Of a stretch of 62,892 nt of DNA, positions 10,750 to 22,460 are shown in pieces. This DNA is from Ginglymostoma cirratum (Eukaryota): positions 7,600,722 through 7,663,613 of the forward strand of contig JAHRHZ010000017.1 of the NCBI GenBank assembly GCA_024137785.1, in the 5' to 3' direction. The notes under the pieces were generated by a model. It made no database searches, had not been told where the DNA came from, and was given only the letters and a program-made list of their open reading frames with translations. The position numbers were made by a program, and so were the translations under genes. Position 1 is the stretch's first letter. The number at the start of each line of letters is the position of its first letter.

Positions 10750-13374
10750 CTAAAATCGGTATGATGTCTTCTCTAGTACTTCGAGGTAGTCTGGCTTAGT
10801 TTGAAGTTTGGCCCTTAACTCGAGGTATTCGCTCTGGGTTTGGTCAGGATATCCCCGTCCAGATGAGCCAAAAAGAATCGTTTCTTTAAACCTGGCATCT
10901 TGCTGTAAGTCAGGATATTGCATGCCAGGAGGGTGGACATGTAGCTCTTTTAACTTGGGCACGGTGCCATAGAGGCAGTCCACAAAGCCAACCGTGTGAG
11001 CTGCTCTATCTCTGTCCAACACACTGGGATAAATAACCCCATTTTCTGGAAAATTTGCAAAATCGTTAGTCTGATTGATCGTGACTATGGTATTAAGGTT
11101 GCTGTTAGACAGTGACGTTTTCCATTCCTTGTCTTTCTCCAGAGTTTTGTAATTAGTATTATTTTCCTGAGTCTCTGCGAATTCCTCCTCCATTTCACCC
11201 TCACGTGGTTTATAGATGGGATTGTTGCACATTTGAGTGACGGGGTGGGGGATGTAGTCGTAAACGTGGCTGGCCGCTTTCTCGGGTGAGTTGGCAGCTC
11301 TCTCCTCGAAGATTCTGCACTGCATTTGCATACCAGTCAGGTCTACGTCTTGCCGTCTCCTGAAGGGCGATTTCTTACGCCTCCTAAGCACGAAAGCGAA
11401 GAGACCCGCGGCAATAAATACAGCTGAAATGAAAATTATCAGAAGGCTCAGGATCAGGACTGAAAGAGGAATGGCGCCACCTTGCGAAGAGAAGCCGAAC
11501 CCCGTGGTTGTAGAAATCACATTACCATTCCCCCCGGAGCCGGGCACGGCCGGAGAGGCAGCGGCATGTTTCAGTTCGGGGCATAACACCTCGTAGTCGA
11601 CCATCTTCAGATCCACCCCGCTTAAGAACTCCGGCGTCTCGCACAGCACGTTGCCAATCAGTTTAACTGTACTGATCTTTTCCACCCACTGCTTGAGAGC
11701 AATCAAATCGCACGAGCAATCCCAGGGATTCTGGTTCAGATCGATCTGTACAATGGAGTCCAAATGCTCGAGCACTCCACTCACCGGCAGATACAGAAAG
11801 TAGTTATTTCTCAGGTTCAGCCTACCCAGAGAGGTGCCCGTGAAAGCGTCCGTGGGTAGAGTTCGGAGAAGATTATTGTTGAGAAACAATAGCTGAAGAT
11901 TGGGCATCAAGCTGAAAGACGCTGGTTGGATTTCCCTTATGATATTGTATTCAAAATATAGGTATTCTAAACTGTGCAGCCCTCTGAACATGCCGGGGGT
12001 GAGACGTTCGATTTCGTTGTTGTTCAAATACAAGGTTTTTAAATTTGGAAGATTCATGAAAGCACCATCTTGAATATATGACACACTGTTGCTCCCCAAA
12101 TGCAAAAGATCCAAACTGGAGAAATTCCAGAAATCTGATCTGTAGATTTTCTGAATTAGATTCTCAGTTAAATACAACTTCTTAGCGTTCAGCGGCCTTG
12201 GTATTAATTCAGACATATTTTGGATCGCTTTATTTTTGCACTGTACTGTCAATCCCAAATCATTGATATGTAAGCTACAGGAACATTCCGTGGGACAGAT
12301 AATAGGGATGGGTGGCCTGGTCTGATAGCCTGCAACTATCGGCTGATTTTGTCCCGAATAAACGCTGCGTAGAGTTGGCTGTGCTTTTAAAGTGTTTGGA
12401 GTCTTGGTTGCTTTTGGTAATTTACCTGATGTCTTGTATTCAACAGAAGAGGCCGTGTATGTCACTGATAAAGACATAGAGGAAGGTTTGGTAGGCCACG
12501 CATTGTCGTTACTGGAAGCAAGCTGTGGGATTCCCAAGCTGACCTCTACCTCCACACTTGAGTGAATCGGGCACAATTCACTTCTCCTGATCTCCCTCAA
12601 ATCCTTGCCATGGAGATGGAACGGTGTCTCACACGTAATTTCCCCGACAAGAACCGTGTACGGTATGCTTTCTAGCCAAGACTTCAATGGCACAATGTCA
12701 CATGTACAGTTCCATGGGTTCTCCTCCAATTGGATCTCCATGAGACGCCGGCCAATGTATTCTAGCGTCCCCTTGTAAGCCAACGACTTTAACCTATTAC
12801 CACGCAGATCGATGTGGGTTAAGGAAACTGCCCTGAAGAGATTGTGCGGTAGAAGGGGTATCAGATTGTCATTGATAATCAACACTTTCAGTTTATTGAG
12901 GTTCCGAAATGCACCGCCATCAATCCTCTTCAGCACGTTGTAGTCGGCCTGCAGATACTCCAAACTCTCCAAACCCAAGAATGTATCATTTCGAAAAACC
13001 TCTAGTTTGTTTTCGTGTAAATATAAGCGTTTCAGAAGTTTCATGCCATTAAACGCACCTGCCTGAATGTCCTGCAGTGCGTTGTTTCCAAGGTTAATTG
13101 ATACTGCGTTAGTTAGAAACAGAAACCCGTTAGAATAGAGTTTCCTCATAGAGTTTCTTTGTAGGTAAAGTTTAAACGGTCTTCTCCATGACTCGGTTAT
13201 CTGACTAATATTTGTAAAACCTTTACTTTCACAGTGTATTTGCAAAAAACTCTCCTTTTCTTCGCAGTAGCATGGATCCATGCAAGGTTCATCTAACTCT
13301 TTCGAGTCCTCCATCAGTGGAATCGACGTACTCCATCCTAGAGCTATTGTGCTTAAAAGGGTTATCCAGAACAT
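10750..13374 (-). CDS. SLITRK3: SLIT and NTRK-like protein 3; single coding exon, 874 aa from the probable start M36 of the 909-aa ORF
   Basis: Signal peptide MFWITLLSTIALGWS, two LRR clusters each capped by an NPWxCxC LRRCT, TM helix IPLSVLILSLLIIFISAVFIAAGLFAFVL followed by RRRKK, cytoplasmic NPIY, and C-terminal LELRAKLQTKPDYLEVLEKTSYRF. These match recalled human SLITRK3 (MLWIILLSTIALGWT...PDYLEVLEKTTYRF). The ORF's first ATG (13479) probably lies in the intron. Confidence 0.96.
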   Translation of the reverse strand: MFWITLLSTIALGWSTSIPLMEDSKELDEPCMDPCYCEEKESFLQIHCESKGFTNISQITESWRRPFKLYLQRNSMRKLYSNGFLFLTNAVSINLGNNALQDIQAGAFNGMKLLKRLYLHENKLEVFRNDTFLGLESLEYLQADYNVLKRIDGGAFRNLNKLKVLIINDNLIPLLPHNLFRAVSLTHIDLRGNRLKSLAYKGTLEYIGRRLMEIQLEENPWNCTCDIVPLKSWLESIPYTVLVGEITCETPFHLHGKDLREIRRSELCPIHSSVEVEVSLGIPQLASSNDNAWPTKPSSMSLSVTYTASSVEYKTSGKLPKATKTPNTLKAQPTLRSVYSGQNQPIVAGYQTRPPIPIICPTECSCSLHINDLGLTVQCKNKAIQNMSELIPRPLNAKKLYLTENLIQKIYRSDFWNFSSLDLLHLGSNSVSYIQDGAFMNLPNLKTLYLNNNEIERLTPGMFRGLHSLEYLYFEYNIIREIQPASFSLMPNLQLLFLNNNLLRTLPTDAFTGTSLGRLNLRNNYFLYLPVSGVLEHLDSIVQIDLNQNPWDCSCDLIALKQWVEKISTVKLIGNVLCETPEFLSGVDLKMVDYEVLCPELKHAAASPAVPGSGGNGNVISTTTGFGFSSQGGAIPLSVLILSLLIIFISAVFIAAGLFAFVLRRRKKSPFRRRQDVDLTGMQMQCRIFEERAANSPEKAASHVYDYIPHPVTQMCNNPIYKPREGEMEEEFAETQENNTNYKTLEKDKEWKTSLSNSNLNTIVTINQTNDFANFPENGVIYPSVLDRDRAAHTVGFVDCLYGTVPKLKELHVHPPGMQYPDLQQDARFKETILFGSSGRGYPDQTQSEYLELRAKLQTKPDYLEVLEKTSYRF

Positions 13375-13448
13375 CCTTTTTCTTTCTCTCTGTTCAGCTG
13401 GAGGTGCAGCAGCTATTAGGCGTGGGGGAGCTCCTGGAGATGCAACGA

Positions 13449-14914
13449 CTGTACACAGAAGATACGTAGAAAATGGCATTAGATTTTAGAATTCCCTTAA
13501 GAAAACCACTGCGTCCTAACAAATTGAATCCATCCTTTCAATGTATATAGACACCCCAATCGTACATACAGACATCTTCTAGATTTCTCTACAAATACAA
13601 GAGTATTCTACATAAGAAAGAATGTTATACACCTCTATCAATACCCACAAACAAAGGCACGAATATATTGCAGCAATTTCCTGGAAATATGAAAGACATT
13701 TGACAGCATCCCAGGCGCATACGAAGATAATGACATTTCTGCACTGCCAGTAGCTGGGGAATGATTAGTATTTCTCATTTATTTTAATAGTTTTTTGTTT
13801 TTAAAAAGGGGAGAGAATGGGGAAATTGGTGAACTACTGCTAGAGAGAATAAAAACGTCTGAATGTTTGATGATGTCCAATCCAGAGAGTGTGCAGAAAA
13901 CTGGGCTGCACCGTGTGTTGGGAACAGCCAAATCTGTGTATTGTCCTCATTTTTCTCCTTGGAATAAAAGCAGTCTGATATCTCCCAATTTAATCCAATC
14001 ATGTGCACTCTAAACCCGGAGTGACAGACACCAACCGTATGATTGCTGATGTGAAAACTCATTTACTTTGGGGCGGGGCGGGAATCTATCAATTTAGAGG
14101 TTTGTAAATTGAAATATATAAACATTTCCCACATATCCATCTTAAACTGTGGAAGGATTGAGGTCAAACACAGCACAATATCACCGAATCAAAACCTGGT
14201 TATCTGATGGGTTATTCTGGTGCCTACATTTGCAGACCCTTTGGCAACGACCGTCAATCGGCTTGGGCTTAGAAAGGATCTTGCACATCTTTAGATGCTG
14301 TGGTGACCAGCTCTACTAGCCCGTTTTATTAGATAGAATCAGAGAAAAAGCCGACTTTGCGCATAACTATGACATTACATTGTCTCTAAGTAATCACGGA
14401 TTTGCTTATTATAATCTCCCCACATAAAGGTGAAACGCTGACAGTGACCCTGGATAAACAATAATGGGTGTTTTTTTTTAGAAAAGAAAATCACTTCAGA
14501 CGATATACGTTTGAACAATTTGTGTTTGAATTTGTATTTTTTTAAACGAAACCCCTTAACCTGCGCTGGAGAGCGATGACAGCTCGGTAAATAAACTCAA
14601 AAGGTTAATGACAAGGAGCGGAAAATCGGGACAATGGAAAGGGAAGTTCAAAAATAGAAATTCCTCCGGTGCTATTGAGATGAGGATCAAATATGGTACA
14701 CGGAGTGGAGAACAGAGAGATAAACCGGGAAAGACGCAAATTCCAATAAAGGCATTTAAACAATCTGTTACTGTCCTACCAGCCAGATACAATAATAACA
14801 TTATTCTATTAGGAACAACGCCTTCAAGAAACCTCACTGAAATAGCAGCTCACCACTGAATATTTTCACACAATGGAGCCGTGTCTGAAGTGTCTAATAC
14901 AGCAGTCTACTTAC
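13449..14914 (-). other. SLITRK3: Probable SLITRK3 intron 1 (5' UTR intron, 1466 bp)
   Basis: Minus-strand donor ACG|GTAAGT (plus-strand acttac at 14909-14914). Acceptor ttttctacgtatcttctgtgtacAG ends at 13449, with a CTAAT branch point at 13482-13478. SLITRK genes typically have non-coding 5' exons and one coding exon. Confidence 0.7.
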
Positions 14915-15250
14915 CGTCCGTAGCCGATTTTAGTTCAAGAAGTGAAAAGAGTTGAGGATATGCTCGAGCTGCCTTCACTCCCGTTGTTGAAGAGTCTGAG
15001 GAAAATGCCGACGTGATAAGAATGTAAGTGAATCTTTAAAATGCAGCTCGCTCCCTCTCCCGCTCTCTCTTTCTCTCCTGTCTCTCTGCCTCTTCAATGA
15101 TGGCTGTGGAAAGTCTGCCTCTAGCTCACCCCCAAGCTGCAGGGACCGTTCGAGGCTGCTGCTTTCAGCCAGTGCACCAGCACATTTGGGATGTTCAGTT
15201 GCATCGGAAAATCACTTGTCCTCGACCAGTCTCTTGATTTTCCCTTTTAC
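14915..15250 (-). other. SLITRK3: Probable non-coding exon 1 of SLITRK3 (5' boundary/TSS approximate)
   Basis: Lies between the consensus donor and a CRE/microsatellite/GC-box promoter region; contains a GA-rich tract as in many neuronal 5' UTRs. Confidence 0.55.
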
Positions 15251-17560
15251 GTCATGGGATGAGCTTTGAGGACTGAGCGGCTGACTGAAGCGAGCCAGGA
15301 CTGTGTGTGTGAGAGAGAGAGTGTCTGTGTGTGTGAGAGAGAGAGAGTGTGTCTGTGTGTTTGAGAGAGTGTGTGTGTAGGTGGGGGTTGTTGAGAATGT
15401 AGAATACGCTTGGCACTAATTTTTTTTTGGAAGGGGGTGGTAAACATTTACTTCTGGCTTCTCTCACGAGATTTTCATCGACTCAGTCCTTTTCTTGCCC
15501 TTCCCGAAGAAGAGTTCGGAGCAAAGGAGCGGGAAGTACTCAGCAGCGCCCGGAATAGCATCTGTTTTAATGGGTCACCAGCGGTTTTCTGTTCGACTGA
15601 ACAGTCACGATTAACAGGCAGGCGGTTCTAGCGAGACCGTTGACTGGGGGATTAGATCCAGAATCGTCCGCTCGGGGAGGGCGGGGGGAGACTCAGTGCG
15701 TTCCAGGCTGACTCCCAACAGATTTCGCCTCCCCCCCGCTTTCCAACAGCACACTGACAATCAGAAGGAGCCTGCAGCACCGCACTCTTCCGGCTTTAAT
15801 CTGATTTATTTATCTCCCACTGGCGCGTTGCTTGGTTTCCCCTGCACCAAACACTCACCGTTTATATATAAAAAAAACACGATGATGACAGTTCAACGTC
15901 GTTTTCGCTAAAAATAAAACCCCGTTATCCTTGTGTTTGGCGTGTGCGCTTGCTGTTCAGGGATTCGGGTTCATTACAGTCACAGAAGCAGTTTGTAATC
16001 TCTCTCTCTCTCGCTCGCTCTGACCCCCTCCCCCCACCCCTCCAGGATGCTGTTCAAATCCTGACAGGGCAAGAGTCGAAGAGAGGCTTAAAGAGGCCGC
16101 GCTGTCGCCCCACAGTTAATTCAGAGAGCGCTGAATGAAGCGGGTCGCCAGTGCTAATCCCAGCTCCAGCCCCGCCTCACACTGAAGCTGCACAGGGTCC
16201 GTTCATACAAACCGACTCCCGGGGTCAGCAAATATGATCCAGCAATTCAAAATCAAGATGGTCGGCACTTTCTGCACCCACGCTCCTTGCGGTGCTTCGA
16301 GACACTTACTTTATTTTAACATGCGTCGAATTGTACGAAAGGACTGAAAAGACTTTCTGGATGCTCCATCCCTGATTGGTTAGTCGGAAAGCAGCAATCC
16401 CTGGGACACGCTCTTCCTTAAAGGGGTAGATACACCAAGGTTGAAAAAACTGACTCGAAATCATCGCTTTCTGGCGCAAAACCCGCCGGCGGTCTCTTGC
16501 TGCGAAGCGATTGTGTTCAGGAATGGCGATGACTGCAGTCAGTGCCCCAGCTCTGGGGTGTACTGCACCGGCCAGGGCGCCACAACACTTCTATAACCAG
16601 CTCATTCACTGCGAGAATGGACCTGCTCCAGCTGACGCTTTGACCGACCCGATTCGCAGGCAGCTTTTTTTTTCAGTTGGACAATGACCTCAATCGCACC
16701 CCCCCACAACAGTTTTTTAAGGGGTGTTGGGGGGAGAGAAAGACCGTTTATAATGACCGTGTGCCAGTTTAGACATAGCGCTTATCTCAGTCACAGCTCA
16801 CCCCGAGCAGCTGCAACACCACATCCATGTATCGCACTTTGCAAATATTTACTTCTTACACGGCGGGCAAGAGCTGTGTGAGTGCCCTGCAGGATAGTGA
16901 ACTGGGGCTCACTAAGGGGCTACTGCTATTCCGGACATTTAAAAGAAAGATATATATTGGCATTTCTTGAAAAAAAAAGCTATCACAAATCTGTAGAGGC
17001 TGCTTGTAAATATTAGGTGTCATGGCAAACTCGGGTGAACAGCAGCGGCCAGGCTAGGCTAATGTCTTCGGTTCAAGGGCTAAATATCTCCATTAGCGAA
17101 ACAATTTAGCAAAAGTAAACGCGACCCCGCCCCCTGTGGGACCCGAAGACAGCAGAACCGCCCCCCCCCCCAACCCCACCACCTCCACCCTTCACCCCGG
17201 CACGTTATGGAAAACATGTTTATTACAGAGAGGCGGTAAATCTCACTCATGACCTCGGTAATTTCCCAGTTTGATGGGTTACTTTCCAGCAAGGCAGCGC
17301 CCCGGAGTCTGCGCGGAGATTCCGCTTTGCTGCAAAAGATATATTGTAGAGTGGCAGGGAAATCAAAGCGAACGATCCATCAGCGAGAGATCGTTATTCT
17401 CGTCATGTTAGCCCTGGTCCTTTCTGCTCCTTCCCCCCCCCCCCACCTCCCCCCAACCCCACTGTCCACGCGGATGTGTGTTTGCACTTAAGGACTGAAG
17501 AAATCCCCTTGTATAGAAGAGCGAGTGACTGTAGCGGCGGGAATCACCCGTTATATTTTT
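15247..17560 (-). promoter_or_regulatory. CpG-island-like promoter of SLITRK3
   Basis: GC- and CpG-rich. CRE/ATF-like TGACGTAA on the minus strand at 15247-15254, Sp1 GC-box ggggagggcgggg at about 15674-15687, CCAAT-like gattggtt at about 16374, and poly-C tracts. Confidence 0.65.
15301..15378. repeat. Compound (GT)n/(GA)n microsatellite at the promoter
   Basis: ctgtgtgtgtgagagagagagtgtctgtgtgtgtgagagagagagagtgtg... seen directly. Confidence 0.9.
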
Positions 17561-20351
17561 GAAATCTCTCTTTCATTTCTACCTACTAGAAGTCACTGTT
17601 GAGTTTTCTCCCCCGGTTGCAGGAGCGCAGGCAAATTCAATTCCCTTAACCCAATCAGGAACTCACGAAGGAATTCAGACTTGCACTCTTATCGGTTTTT
17701 ATAAGGTGCATGCTGATGGAAAGTCATGACATGCCACATAACTTCAAAATAAACTCATGCAGTGATGTCCGATTTTACATTTGAGGGTTCCAGTTTACTG
17801 ATTTGAGTGAAACACCTTTTATTTTTGTTTTGCAAATACCTTCAGTTATTTAATGTTTTATTCTCGTGTTGACTGATTGAACAGTGTTCGGGGACAGTAC
17901 CATTCATGTAGGATCGAGGGAGCAAGGTGTGCTAGTGCTCACAGATGGCGCTGTGTCATTCCACTTTGTTTTGACAGCAATCAGACTTGCAGATGTTAAA
18001 CACACCGACCATCTGAAATAAACTTCAGCGGCCTCATCCTCTACCTCCAGCGGTAGGGCCATGCTTCAGCGAAGGGGACAGGTTGTCCCTTCACAGCTAA
18101 CAGAAACACTGTGTGAGGCGGAGTCTCAGCTGGAGGGGATGTACACTGCCATTCCTTACATGAAGCTTTATCACTCCTTTCCATAATTTCTCCGCCAGTT
18201 TGACGAATAAGACCTCAGATAGAGGAGGACGAAGTCGTCGGTACATTGTCAATTTCTAATGGCGGGGGGGAGGGGGGAGAGGTGGGAGGTGGTGTTGCAT
18301 GCTGGTGTGTAGTCTCCTCACATGCTCCTCTTTACGGTCAGTCTGGTTTATCGCTTGAACGATAATCGTCACCAGCAAGCTGCATATAGATGTAAATAAG
18401 CGTGCGGACCATCCCATAAGATGTGATGAACTCAGGTGCCGCCCCTGTGTCTGGAATGGGCATCGTCCGAAACATAAAGATAAAATTAACATGCCTATGT
18501 ACAGCACAACCCCAAACCGCACCCCCCCCACCGAAAACAACAAATTGGCTCTCCCTTCTTCTACATTCACAACCATTTTAAATAATAGCTACACAGCACA
18601 AATATGGAAAAACACATTATTAAATCAGCCAAGTGGTTCACAAAGTGTTGATATCCTGCACAGTGCTTTCTGGGTTCTGGCACAGAGAGTGGCACACATA
18701 GAATTGCCAATTCTCCAAGCATTGCCCCGAGGTCTTCATTAATTGAAGATTAATCCAGCGAGCAATTGCTGTGGGGGAACAGGAAACAATTTCCTCCAGT
18801 TCCTTGCATTTTAATTAATTACGTTTCTTTTTTAAAAAATGATAATTGAAAATAAACGTGTTTTAACATTGAAGCAGACAACGAGGAATCTGTTTCAGTG
18901 GGGAGGAAGGGCTAGGAAGGTCAATATTTGGAGCAATGGTTTGGGTGGGAGGGCAGAGGGGAGATGGGGCAGCCGAATACGTCCAAGCAGTTAGCAACCA
19001 GATATACTGTGTGGGTGCTTGTGTTTTTACATGGTATCTTTTAGATGTGCAATGGTTTCGAAAGTATATTTTGGTGCAAGATGTGCAAATGCTTCCTGGA
19101 AATATTCTGTTGTCGATGTTGTAATGGCCGCAGGTCGCGTTGAATAAATGTTAACTATAACATAAACTGAGGAGTCAGATTTATTATGGGAACTGACACC
19201 AGCAAGAATGGGGAATGCATCTCTGAATATGGTGCGCCCACCACGAGGATCGATCATTTTGGCCGCAATCTCAGTCCAACAGAACATTGGGCTAAATGTG
19301 GTTTCTATTGAGGTACATCTATTCGCCATTCGCCTAGACAATTGGTCTTCTTTCAATGAACAGAAATCAGATGTACACGCTAGAACCCAACTCATCATTG
19401 TTTTTTTTTTCAGTCTTCTCGATGTCATCATAGCCTTAATCAGACCGTTGGCATCACCTTGCTGTTTCTCTGGCTTCCTTCAATCTCCTGTCTACCTTTC
19501 AACGTAATCCATCCACCTTCCAAACTTCTGTTTTTAATCTCAGTTTGCCCTTCAATTGTTCTCAGTGCTAACTTTGTGGCATTAGATATCTAATTTACGC
19601 AGTGAGTCATTCACGTTATTGTTCGGGCACTTTCAATTGGTGAGTGCAGACAACAGTAAATTTGTATGGTTGTAAGTTCTGAATTTGCTTTTCTCAACGT
19701 GAGTTTCCCTTTCTTCAGTCCTCCATTGAGAGGCACGACTCATCGTGTGCGATCGTGCCTTGCACCAACATTAACCAGTGGGAACCTAATAATAAGCCAA
19801 ACTGTGTACACTTTATAGATGTACCCAATAAGTTTGCCCTGCCCATTGTTTCTCAAACTACATCGCCGAAATATATAATCCTCCACATCTGCGCAGCACA
19901 CACGCCCCAGTAGTAAGGGAGCGTTCTAACCATCATTGCAAGCTACGGCGATGGTTAACAAGCTTCTTCTGAGAAGCAATCCAAGGTATTTTTAAAAATA
20001 GCAAATGAAAGGACGCAGCGATGCAGGACTAGGAGATTTACATTTGTGTGTGTGTGTGGAAGCCTGGCTCAAAAACAGGGATGTAGTGTAGATAGTGACT
20101 TCATAAACAACAGATGTGCTGTTTAATAAAACGCCAATCCCCGAGAGGTTTACAAATAAACCAAGCGCGCGAAAACAAAATCCCACATTTCATTTAGAGA
20201 ACACATTAAGAAGCGTTTACATTCCACCATCCAACACGGTCTCATTTATTTCTGTCGGGGTCGACAAGTTTCATTGTTCCAGATACTGACTTTCAAATTC
20301 GCGAGGCTAGCAGCTAGGAATATAACAATGCCGGCTAGGTATGATCTTCAA

Positions 20352-20446
20352 TGACATGATATAAAGTCATCGACCTGAAACGTCAGCTCCGTTCCTCTCT
20401 GCACAGACGCTGCCTGACCGGCTGGGTGTTTCTGTTTTGATTTCAA
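20352..20446 (+). mobile_element. Diverged Penelope-pLTR-like element
   Basis: aaagtcatcgacctgaaacgtcagctccgttcctctctgcacagacgctgcctgaccggctgg..tttctgttttgatttca. Confidence 0.6.
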
Positions 20447-22339
20447 TCACTTTACCAGCCCCTGTCATCTTGGCCGCTTATCCGCTTACGTGATTAACAA
20501 CGGAACCCGAAAGCCAACAGGAGGCGTACTTAGCAGGGTCTGTTTTCACGGAGCTGCTAGAGGAAGGCGCAGCGGTTACGCTGGGCTTAGCGATTCCGAT
20601 CAACCAACATACATCATAGATTCCTTACCGTTTTCCCAAATGCAACATAGAAACAATCTGCTCGATTCCGTACATTTATACACGTCGGCAAGAGTCATTC
20701 AGTTTGGCAAGGGATGAAATATTGCTGCGTCTTTGCTCACTGCGCGAGTTCATACCAAAATGATCATTTTAATCTAACAGCACTGAAACTGGAGTCGGAA
20801 CAGAATCTGATAGTTTCTGATTTTTTTTTCACGAGGGATTTCGCCCTTACCGGATACAATCTGCTCAGGCTGTGTTTTACTCTTCGTGTGAACCCATCAC
20901 ATTTCGCCATCCGCGATTTCTCTTCACAGATGCTGTCCGGAGTGTTATGTATTTCCAACATGTTCTATTTTTGTTCCAGTCCCTTCAGAGTCCTAGTCAA
21001 ACTACTGGTCATTCCTTTTTCTAAAAAAAATACATCATCTTTTTAATGTGTTCTCTACCTGTATAGCTGAAGTAGCAACTGTTCCAAAGAAAACCACTTA
21101 AGGGCACACATTGTAAAGGTCGAAACAGCAGTACACACTGTACAGTCAGATTTAGAATTAATTACCTTGAAAAGGAAAAGCACCAAATAATGGGACAAAG
21201 TCAGTTCCAGTTATGAAACATGACAAAATTGTATCGCTTAACAAACTCATACACAACATGCATGTAATGTGTCAGTGTTGCCAGCCACGTGGAGATTATT
21301 ACACTTTCTTTAACACGGCGTTCAACATTAGCGGCATAAGAGAGCAGTACTTTACATGTTAACACAGAGAAGCAAGTGCGCCAGAGATAACTCGCCTTCT
21401 ATCTTTCTATGTGTACCTTTCCCACCCGATCCTTGCTTGTTGAGGCCACCGGGCTGCGATCAGGCAAATGACTACTTCACACTATCTTCTTCCCTCTCCT
21501 CGAAGGACAGTATTAACATTAATATCCGACAGCAATTATTTTAGATTGTAATTTGGATTTGGGACAACGCGATTCTTCTCTTCTCGTCACCGATAGTTTC
21601 CGGCCAAACTACCAAAGTCGGTATGCTTACTACGTATTCACTTTAAATGTCTGAGTTGCTAAAGTGCCAAGATTTATGTCTATCCAGCTATTTATAATAT
21701 TAACAGAAACTTCTATGTTGAACTCAAATAATGCGAGTCATTTTGCATGCCAGATTCTACAGCACTTACTTTGTTCTAAGTATAGAGTGTTAAATATGGT
21801 ATTCGCAGTTAGATGTCATAGACTCCGGTTATGGAGAAACGTAGAGTCCCACATGAGAAGCAGCAGAATGTGCAATGTCTGAACAATCCACATGGTGAAT
21901 GGGCCGCAGTCACCTTTGCAGAAATCTCTCTCTCTACTTCTAACTTGGGAAACAAAGTCAGCAGCAAGTCAAATTGATCACAAGTTCAATCCGGGCATCT
22001 TCCTGATTCACTAACTACTCGTCTCTGCAGCCTTCCAGTCAATCACAAACAGACAGGACCCCGGGCTGTATGCTGACGGTCAGCCGGGAATTCAGAAATT
22101 ACTATTGGTTTCATGAAGGTTTTCACCCCACTACACTAATAGTCAATGTGGAACAGTTGCCGACGCTTTGGAAGAAAGTTCTAATTCATTTAGAGGTTTA
22201 AAAACCATCTCTGTCCTTTTTTTAAAAAGGAACCATGCATCCACGATAAAAAAAAATTAGGGATTGCTTTGGCGAATTTCAGGAGTGTATGAGACCTTCT
22301 CAGCAAGGTGTGACCGGAATAACAGCATATCTTTCGGTC

Positions 22340-22460
22340 AAGTTAAAGTGGCTGTAGCCCTACCGTAGGACTGCTCTTTCATTAGAAAGAGAGAGAGAGA
22401 ACTGGTAGTGGTTTACAGTGGAGAGGTTGGGGAGAATCTTTCATGGTAACCTCAGCCGGT
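22340..22460 (-). mobile_element. tRNA-derived SINE fragment (same family as 56940-57132 and about 50860-50970)
   Basis: Reverse-complement similarity to the copy at 56940-57132, including the catgaag core and actttacct-type tail. Confidence 0.5.

Noticed and set aside
11291-11596. Antisense ORFs overlapping SLITRK3 (also 13272-13489)
   Set aside because: Shadow ORFs of the coding strand with no recognisable protein features.
15538-15560. REST/RE1 site in the promoter (tcagcagcgcccgga)
   Set aside because: Does not fit the TCAGCACCnnGGACAG spacing or sequence.
17565-19507. Divergent plus-strand gene (acceptor-like ttgcAG at 17622; ORFs of 60-134 aa on both strands)
   Set aside because: No coherent exon chain or protein similarity; a divergent lncRNA cannot be supported without RNA data.
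19731-19760. aggcacga..tcgtgcct hairpin
   Set aside because: A single 8-bp stem is expected by chance in 63 kb and is too short for a pre-miRNA.
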